A stretch of 44,836 bases of DNA, filler included, from Clostridia bacterium (GTDB taxonomy: Bacteria > CBDUZB01 > JAGLHV01), in assembly GCA_030637025.1 (NCBI GenBank). It is 3 parts of 3 records of this genome, joined end to end, with 100 filler letters (N's around TTAATTAATTAA, not from the genome) between each part and the next. Parts side by side here need not be neighbours in the genome. Positions count along the whole stretch, not along the records: positions 34,021 to 44,836 come from DAOVVV010000001.1; 2 more parts are not named here. The stretch is one strand, 5' to 3'. Within the stretch, counting starts at the first letter, position 1, and each line of letters opens with the position of its first letter. Shown here piece after piece: positions 38,644 to 44,836 of this stretch. The position numbers and the translations under genes were made by a program. The notes under the pieces are model-generated. The model worked only from the letters and a program-made list of their open reading frames with translations. It ran no database searches and was not told the origin of the DNA.

Positions 38644-39630
38644 CTATTTTATCTCTTCCCATATCATATTTTCCAAAGTTTGCGCTCCTTTTTTACCACC
38701 TAATGCTCCCCATTTACTACTTGAAAAAGTAAAGTTTCTCTTTTTTAATTTATTAAAATATTTTTCAAACGTTTTATTACCTAAAGTATCTTGTGAGTAC
38801 AAACATTCATTATGTAATTTAGGAAATAAATACATTAATGCATTAAAACCCAACGTTTTAGTAAGAATATATTTTCTATTCCCCCATTCATTTTCAAAAA
38901 ATTTTTTTACTGCTGAAAAATAATTTCTTATGATTAAAGTTTGTTGTCTGATGTCTAATTTATATGAAAATAGTATGCTTTTATTTTTCAATATCTCCTT
39001 TAATGCACTAACAAAAGCTGCCTGTGAAATAAGTCCCTTTGCTCTATCCGATTTTTTGACATTACCATACCAGGGAGATTCTTCATCATTAGTTAACTCT
39101 TCAACAATATCAACTGCAATCAAGGTTGCGGTATCACCCTGTCTCGTAATTTTAAAAAGTTCATATACGAGAGAAGTATTTATTCCTTTTTGCTTTGAAT
39201 TAATAGTAAGAAATATTTTCGCTGCTTTTTTGAAATCCATATTTAAAAAACCGACACATAAAAAATCTAAATCTATATTAGATTTTTCTAAACCAAACAA
39301 TCGATGTTGACCATCTATAATTTGAGCCATATTTTCCTCTTTGGGAATACATAACCACCCTTCTTGTATCTTTTGTTTTGATGGTTCATACTTAACTCTG
39401 TCATTAAAACATAATACAAGATTCGTTGGAAACATAGCTTCTCTGTCTTCATTTAAATATTTTGAAATTTCCATTAACCTTGGGATAGAAAGGGCTCTTT
39501 GTATTCCCTTGTTAGTGTCTTGATACCGTCTACTTACATAAGAAATAGTTAACAAATCCTTTGAGTTTAAGACAAAGGAATAAAAAGTCATATTTTTTTG
39601 TCTAATTTTTTGAGCTTTTATTTTTACCAT
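38644..39630 (-). CDS. DGQHR domain protein (DndB/ParB-Srx-like superfamily)
   Basis: [23 protein letters not shown] and [10 protein letters not shown] motifs. Confidence 0.9.
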   Translation of the reverse strand: MVKIKAQKIRQKNMTFYSFVLNSKDLLTISYVSRRYQDTNKGIQRALSIPRLMEISKYLNEDREAMFPTNLVLCFNDRVKYEPSKQKIQEGWLCIPKEENMAQIIDGQHRLFGLEKSNIDLDFLCVGFLNMDFKKAAKIFLTINSKQKGINTSLVYELFKITRQGDTATLIAVDIVEELTNDEESPWYGNVKKSDRAKGLISQAAFVSALKEILKNKSILFSYKLDIRQQTLIIRNYFSAVKKFFENEWGNRKYILTKTLGFNALMYLFPKLHNECLYSQDTLGNKTFEKYFNKLKKRNFTFSSSKWGALGGKKGAQTLENMIWEEIK

Positions 39631-39645
39631 TTTAAAATACCTCCT

Positions 39646-40215
39646 TTATCTCTCTGGTTTAAAATATTTCTCCAAAAATATTAAAAATAATTTAATAATT
39701 TTTTTTGAGAACACCGTTATATTTGGCAGTTTTTTAAAATCATGCATACATTTATTTCTTGTTAAACGAATTTCATGTAAATTCCCTTTTGTCTTGTCAT
39801 CAATGATATTTGCCATAAACAAAAAATCGATTAATTTTTCCTGGTTCAACCTACTTACCATTTTTTCTTTTTCATTTATCGTTACTTGTTTACCATTAAT
39901 AATTATCTTCTCTCGACTCAATAAAACTTTTGATAATTCCTCTGTAATTGATCCGATTGCAATAATAACTGAATAACTATAACCCAAATAGTATATTTTT
40001 AGAATTTCATCTAAAAAATTATGGTATTTTTCATCAACTTCAAAAACCTTTTCTTTTAAAGAAATGATTCTATTGACAATATCCAATTTATCTTTCTTTA
40101 TTTCTGTTAATTGTTTATCGAAGATCTCTTTCTTATATCTATTGATATCTCTTTTGCTTTTTATACTTGTTGCTGTCCCTGCTTTTCCAATTATTAATAA
40201 ATCTTTATAATTCAT
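39646..40215 (-). CDS. Putative HEPN-domain (DUF4145-like) protein
   Basis: Helical protein with SVIIAIGSITE and LHEIRLTRNKCMH (Rx4H motif). Confidence 0.6.
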   Translation of the reverse strand: MNYKDLLIIGKAGTATSIKSKRDINRYKKEIFDKQLTEIKKDKLDIVNRIISLKEKVFEVDEKYHNFLDEILKIYYLGYSYSVIIAIGSITEELSKVLLSREKIIINGKQVTINEKEKMVSRLNQEKLIDFLFMANIIDDKTKGNLHEIRLTRNKCMHDFKKLPNITVFSKKIIKLFLIFLEKYFKPER

Positions 40216-40341
40216 TTATGTTCCTCATAATTTATTCTTATTTTCCCCGACATCAAACGAGATAACAAAAAAACAGCAAACAATATTTTCATTATAAAAC
40301 AAATCAAGTAATTGCTGCCTTATCATTTCTTTGGACTATCC

Positions 40342-40923
40342 TTAATTTTTCTCTTTTTCTTTCCTCAGCTGGGCACCTTTTTCCAAATGTTCCATTTTAG
40401 CAGGGTCCACCTGGATATCCGTCAATTCTTCCTCATTTCGTTCTTCCAATTTCTTATCATCCATAGCAATTCCTCCATTTTGAATAAAAAGGCTGCCGAC
40501 GAAAACTCCTACCCCAATTAATAAAACAACTGTTCCCCAGCCTAAACATCTATTTTTAAATCCTAATATTTTTCTGTTTTTCTTAAAAGCCTCGTTATTA
40601 TACGTTATCTGGGTATATAAAAATATTTTATCATTGGATTTTCCCTTGATTAATTTAATAATTTCGTCAACACTCATACCCAAATTCAATACAACTTTTC
40701 GATAACCAAAAAACATTATAACAATACTGATCACAATCAAAACACTACCTGTTTTAAAAAAAATCCATTGTAAAAAACCTAAGTCTTTGTCAAAACTCAG
40801 TACAATTGCAATAATAACACTAGCAAATCCAATTAATATTCCAATTTTTTGGTCAATAGCATCACAAGAGCTAATCTGATAATCTATTCTTTTTTGAGAT
40901 GTTTCAAACAGGTTTTCTAACAT
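40342..40923 (-). CDS. Three-TM membrane protein, Pycsar-effector (DUF5706)-like architecture
   Basis: DAIDQKIGILIGF followed by two TM helices, a soluble linker, KNRCL and a third TM helix; charged 40-aa tail. Confidence 0.6.
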   Translation of the reverse strand: MLENLFETSQKRIDYQISSCDAIDQKIGILIGFASVIIAIVLSFDKDLGFLQWIFFKTGSVLIVISIVIMFFGYRKVVLNLGMSVDEIIKLIKGKSNDKIFLYTQITYNNEAFKKNRKILGFKNRCLGWGTVVLLIGVGVFVGSLFIQNGGIAMDDKKLEERNEEELTDIQVDPAKMEHLEKGAQLRKEKEKN

Positions 40924-41092
40924 AATTATTATATAATCCTTATCCTTACCGACTTCAAATGAGGAAGAAGTGAATCGCGGATTTGGAATAAATGAACTCT
41001 TTCACTTAAATTATAGCTTAAGAACATTATATATCAACAAATTAACATATTAATGACCGTTCCTTTATTTCTTTTTTAATGTTTTTCTTTAA

Positions 41093-41728
41093 TTACTTTG
41101 GTAAATCGGTAACACTAAGTTTAGAAATAAATGGCACTGCATGATTGTTCATTTTAAATTGTAAAGATGTTCCATTCTTAACTTTCCCATCAAATAAAAT
41201 AGGCTTTAAACTCAGAACATCCATTGGTATATTAAAATAAATTTCATTTAAATACAATTTATCTTTATTTATATAGTGCTTTAAATAATACCATTTATTT
41301 GCCTCTGAAAAATTTTCTGGTTTTGTTAAACCAAGCCATCTCCCTGTTGATGTTTCTTTGTATACACTTTCCACTTCATTATAATTTTCACGGGAAAAAT
41401 ATTGTTTAACTTCGTCTAATAAGTTAAATTCAGTATCCATTTCAATTTTATTTTTATTTGCCTCTAAAAAGCATATATAATTATCTCGTTTTATAATTTT
41501 ATTCTGCAATTTTTTTAGTTTCTCTACACGAGAAAAAAAATTATTTTTCTTAAAATTTTTTATGTTTTCAATGCATTTGTCCGATACCCGACAAAACGGC
41601 CCCCATTCACCGGCAGTCATCAAAATTTGTTTTGGGACATCTTCATAATTTTCTTTAGTTTTAGTCGTAATTTGGCTTGTTGTCATAGTAGCAGGTACGG
41701 TTAAAAATTTCTTTATGATTTCATCCAT
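41093..41728 (-). CDS. Hypothetical protein
   Basis: 211-aa ORF starting 3 nt after the hsdS stop, with an AAGGAG SD; no recognisable motif. Confidence 0.75.
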   Translation of the reverse strand: MDEIIKKFLTVPATMTTSQITTKTKENYEDVPKQILMTAGEWGPFCRVSDKCIENIKNFKKNNFFSRVEKLKKLQNKIIKRDNYICFLEANKNKIEMDTEFNLLDEVKQYFSRENYNEVESVYKETSTGRWLGLTKPENFSEANKWYYLKHYINKDKLYLNEIYFNIPMDVLSLKPILFDGKVKNGTSLQFKMNNHAVPFISKLSVTDLPK

Positions 41729-41731
41729 AAA

Positions 41732-43306
41732 TCAAACTCCTTTCAAACGAATTTTCCCAGACACAAGTTTTGGGAGGAGTAAATCACGAATTTGTGACAG
41801 TTGTCTGTTTTGCATTTCGTTGTTAAGTATTTGTTTGTCTATAGAAACTATTATCTTATCGTATACTTTCAAATAATCGCACGGCGGAACAACAATTTTT
41901 ATTTTATGGAGTTCAGTTTTATTAAGGCAACCGAAAACTGTTCCTTCTGAGTTAAAATTATTCCATAGGTCAGTTTTAAGTTTAAGGAGGTATAACAAGA
42001 AACTGTTAGAAAAATTTCTCATATGAATAGCGCATACACCTCTACCAATTGCACATTTTTCAACTGCTACGTTGAGTTCCCCTACTGGCGCTCTGACACT
42101 CAGCAATATATCCCCTTCTTTAGCAAAACGGGTTGGTAAAATGCAAAAAACTCTATTGGAAGGATAACGAAAACCAAAATCTCTATTCCCTTGATAAAAA
42201 GGCATTCCATTTCCTGTTTCATTATAGCTTTCTCCCGGTGGAGATTGCCCCATGATTATCTCAGCCACATCTATCAAATCACCAACTTCCCACCCCTGCG
42301 GTATCTCCCCCATATCCGATTTAATCATCCTACCGCCATTGGATTTATACGGTTTACCCTCTTTGTTAGGAAACTCGAAATCAATAAACCAATGTTTAAA
42401 AATCGCCTGAGCAATTTGTTCAAGGGTTTTATTCATTTGATGATTTAACTCAATCTTTGCATCTAAATCAGAAAGGATTTTGGCAATAGCTTTTTGTTCA
42501 CATAAAGACGGTAAGGGCAATTCAGTTCTCTTAAGTGAATCAATAGTTAAAGCTTTTTGTGTTGAGCCGATTGCTATCGAATCTAATTGTTGCTGACCAA
42601 GAGGACATTTAATCCAGTAATATAGATATGTGTTCAATAATTTATTTTTAAAAGATTTAAACCACATTAAATTCCCATCTTTAAAGTAAAAAATTTGGTT
42701 TTTTCGTATAATATAGGGGACACCGAGCGTTCCAACAGAGGTCATTAATAAATCTCCTTCCTTTGGAGCCCCATATTTTAAAGAAATATCATCAAATTTT
42801 TCTCTAGAGATGAATAGAGGGACATTTATTTCTTGATTTCGCGAAAGCAAGATAATTTCTTTTGAGCGATAGAAAGGAATTCCTTTATTAACATATTCTT
42901 TAAGAAAAATTCTCTTGCTTGAACTAATTTCACATAAAGAATCTAAGCATTCTACTTCCCACCCCTCAGGAATCAATCCAATTTCAGTTTTTTTAAATTT
43001 ACCCTTTTGTATAATTGGAATTATTTCGTATCGTTTTTCGATATTTTTTTTAAATTCCGGGGATATCTCATTCCAATCAAGTATATCCACGCGAAAAGAA
43101 AGTTCAGATTCTACAAAATCTTCTTTCAAAGCAAAAATTATTTTTTGCGGCAATTTTTCTTTGCCTACAATTACAAGATCAAGGTCGGAATAATCTTTTG
43201 CAGTCCATGTAACACGCGAGCCAAATGCACGAACCTCGCAATCAGGTACATGCTGACGCAGTATTTTTTGAATAATTTCTAACTGATGAGGAGAAACATC
43301 AATCAT
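41732..43306 (-). CDS. hsdS: Minimal nucleotidyltransferase (MNT) domain fused to type I R-M specificity subunit
   Basis: N-terminal AFGSRV....DYSDLDL...VDILDW (MNT), then IPEGWEV-TRD1-LPSLCEQKAIAKILSDLDAKIELN..MN.TLE-IPQGWEV-TRD2-RDLLLPKLVSGKI. Confidence 0.92.
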   Translation of the reverse strand: MIDVSPHQLEIIQKILRQHVPDCEVRAFGSRVTWTAKDYSDLDLVIVGKEKLPQKIIFALKEDFVESELSFRVDILDWNEISPEFKKNIEKRYEIIPIIQKGKFKKTEIGLIPEGWEVECLDSLCEISSSKRIFLKEYVNKGIPFYRSKEIILLSRNQEINVPLFISREKFDDISLKYGAPKEGDLLMTSVGTLGVPYIIRKNQIFYFKDGNLMWFKSFKNKLLNTYLYYWIKCPLGQQQLDSIAIGSTQKALTIDSLKRTELPLPSLCEQKAIAKILSDLDAKIELNHQMNKTLEQIAQAIFKHWFIDFEFPNKEGKPYKSNGGRMIKSDMGEIPQGWEVGDLIDVAEIIMGQSPPGESYNETGNGMPFYQGNRDFGFRYPSNRVFCILPTRFAKEGDILLSVRAPVGELNVAVEKCAIGRGVCAIHMRNFSNSFLLYLLKLKTDLWNNFNSEGTVFGCLNKTELHKIKIVVPPCDYLKVYDKIIVSIDKQILNNEMQNRQLSQIRDLLLPKLVSGKIRLKGV

Positions 43307-43718
43307 TTTTGTCCTCTAATCTTTGCAATAATATTCTGGCATCCTTTGCAAAACAGATTGCTGCTTCATATACTGTTTCCGCTTTTTTCCCATCGTAAAT
43401 ATGTGTGGTTTTATTACGCTCTTCATTATATTTAAACCATGCCTCCACATCGTTAATAAGCCGACTTTCTGCGGAAAGTCTAAAAAGTTCTTTTCTGGTT
43501 ACTCCATCGACGGATTCCCCGCTAACATTATTTTCAAGCCATCGTTTCATAAATTTCCAGCACAGTTCATAGGTGAATTCAAAATTTTGAATAACTCCTG
43601 CCCGTAACACTTCCTCATAATCAGTATTAACTTTCCCTTTAATCGCAGAAGTAGCAACACCGATAGCTCTCTCAAGTGAATTAATCGCTTTTTGTAAACT
43701 GCTCAAATCTAACGCCAT
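43299..43718 (-). CDS. Nucleotidyltransferase substrate-binding protein (HI0074-family HEPN, toxin-like)
   Basis: GVIQNFEFTYELCWK.MKR.L and RNKTTHIY (Rx4H-Y); overlaps the start of the MNT-hsdS gene. Confidence 0.9.
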   Translation of the reverse strand: MALDLSSLQKAINSLERAIGVATSAIKGKVNTDYEEVLRAGVIQNFEFTYELCWKFMKRWLENNVSGESVDGVTRKELFRLSAESRLINDVEAWFKYNEERNKTTHIYDGKKAETVYEAAICFAKDARILLQRLEDKND

Positions 43719-43796
43719 TTTTGTTTCCTCCTAAATGTTAAATAAAACCCCTTTTTTTGTTAAAGTTCAATTTCGGATTTATAATCACGCAGCTTT

Positions 43797-44099
43797 TCAT
43801 GTCCAATAAATGTCCGGAGCATATCCCAATTGTCCCTTTTTTGTCCCCTTTACTGCCTCTTTTAAAACTCCTTTGGGCATGGGGATCGTTTTGTTGACAT
43901 CAACAAAATGATACTTGACTTCCTGCCGGGAATTTACGCAAGATGTCTTTGCCTTTTCAATAATTTGCAAAAAATTGCGCCATTCCGTATAATCCAACAA
44001 TTTCTGAATGTCCCTATCCATCCAATATTCAACACCATTTTGTGTATATGCTGATTCTTCAAAAGTCTTATTAAGACGAATAATTATTTCTTTTTTCAT
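43797..44099 (-). pseudogene. dinD: Truncated DNA-damage-inducible protein D (BRO-N-like) remnant
   Basis: FEE......GVEYW..RD.Q.LL.Y.EWRNF...IEKAK.SC......HFVDVNK....PKG matches the DinD N-terminus. Similarity stops after about 80 aa and the ORF ends at 100 aa. Confidence 0.7.
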
Positions 44100-44113
44100 A
44101 CCAAAACACCTCT

Positions 44114-44836
44114 CTATATTATTTCATATCCTAAACCTTTTAAATTATTTTTGATTTCATCTTCTAATTCTTTTGATTTTTTAAATTGTCCTGCAAGTTC
44201 TGATGTTAATTTTTTCATTTTTTCTTCAAAAAGTTCGCCGTCGTCTTCCTCCTCTTTTACTCCAACATATCGCCCCGGGGTTAAAATATACCCATGTTTT
44301 TCAATTTCATCTAATTTAGCAGATTTACAAAATCCTTTTACATCCTCATATTCGCTTGCCTGCGTATGCGCCGAAGGCTGGCATGCAGGCAGGCCTCGCC
44401 ATGCATGATATGTTGAAGAAATCTTTTCAACTTCTTTATCAGTTAGCTCTCTATGTCTTCTGTCAATCATAACGCCCATATTTCTGGCATCAATAAACAG
44501 GATTTCATTTTTTCTATTACGAAATCCTGTTCCATCCCTTCTCCCACTGGGAGAAGGGTGCAGGGTTGAGGGTTTGCCGGATTTATTCCGGCAAATAAAC
44601 CAAAGACATGCAGGAATCATTGTGTTATAAAATAATTGACTGGGTAAAGCTACCATACAATCAACCAAATCAGATTCTATTATGTTTTTTCTTATTTCTC
44701 CCTCACCTGAAGTATTGGAAGACATTGATCCATTAGCCAACACAAAACCAGCAATGCCTGCAGGAGCTAAATGATATATGAAGTGTTGCACCCAGGCAAA
44801 ATTTGCATTACCCTTTGGCGGTGTTCCATATTTCCA
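44114..44836 (-). CDS. hsdM: Type I R-M methyltransferase subunit, C-terminal part (5' outside window)
   Basis: The frame is open to the window edge: [23 protein letters not shown]...[19 protein letters not shown]...LFYNT.IPACLW...LTPGRYVG. Confidence 0.95.
   Translation of the reverse strand, partial: WKYGTPPKGNANFAWVQHFIYHLAPAGIAGFVLANGSMSSNTSGEGEIRKNIIESDLVDCMVALPSQLFYNTMIPACLWFICRNKSGKPSTLHPSPSGRRDGTGFRNRKNEILFIDARNMGVMIDRRHRELTDKEVEKISSTYHAWRGLPACQPSAHTQASEYEDVKGFCKSAKLDEIEKHGYILTPGRYVGVKEEEDDGELFEEKMKKLTSELAGQFKKSKELEDEIKNNLKGLGYEII
44355..44393. repeat. 39-bp palindromic in-frame insertion in hsdM
   Basis: cttgcctgcgtatgcgccgaaggctggcatgcaggcagg; removing it restores W-R-G-E-Y. Confidence 0.85.
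44536..44572. repeat. Solo copy of the DUF559-flanking palindrome, in frame within hsdM
   Basis: cccttctccc-act-gggagaaggg-tgcagggttgaggg, similar to 37656-37691; encodes [14 protein letters not shown]. Confidence 0.8.

Noticed and set aside
38644-39630. Dnd phosphorothioation system
   Set aside because: Only a DGQHR domain is present; there are no dndC/D/E or cysteine desulfurase genes in the window.
41732-43000. Phase-variable hsdS shufflon
   Set aside because: The short repeat (cttcccacccct) is direct and encodes the conserved GWEV motifs; no silent TRDs or invertase are seen.
271-44408. Numerous short ORFs antisense to or overlapping long genes (e.g. 908-1222, 1746-2111, 30545-30898, 31256-31654, 36160-36723, 38930-39310)
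   Set aside because: Shadow ORFs of well-supported genes, without recognisable motifs.

Overview
Low-GC bacterial sequence from a draft or metagenomic assembly. It is three contigs joined by artificial 100-nt linkers (N44-TTAATTAATTAA-N44 at 12798-12897 and 33921-34020), so adjacency across those points means nothing. Contig 1 (1-12797) has the 3' end of an IS4-family element, a secreted thermolysin-like peptidase, birA, nadC, a TPR lipoprotein, a membrane protein, two PEP-CTERM proteins, a 7-bladed beta-propeller protein and a sugar transferase. Contig 2 (12898-33920) has leuD-leuB and a REP-associated tyrosine transposase (RAYT) whose REP-bounded internal segment is copied on both sides of the gene. 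It continues with lptG-lptF divergent from a SprA-like outer-membrane protein, lptE-like and comF genes, a 3x ~186-bp hairpin repeat and PBP1A. It ends with two units, each led by a c-di-GMP-I riboswitch: Tad/TadE-like pseudopilins and a truncated, very large membrane protein. Contig 3 (34021-44836) is a type I restriction-modification defence island: hsdM, dinD remnant, HEPN, MNT-HsdS fusion, unknowns, DGQHR protein, and HsdR with a DUF559-like insert and an S24-like tail. The strongest sequence-level signal is a set of small palindromic mobile DNAs. These include GTAG-REPs, 18-24-bp mini-inserts in REP loops, 39-bp in-frame insertions in R-M genes and a repeat-bounded in-frame nuclease module. 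No rRNA, tRNA or CRISPR array was seen. All family assignments come from motif recognition by eye, not database searches.
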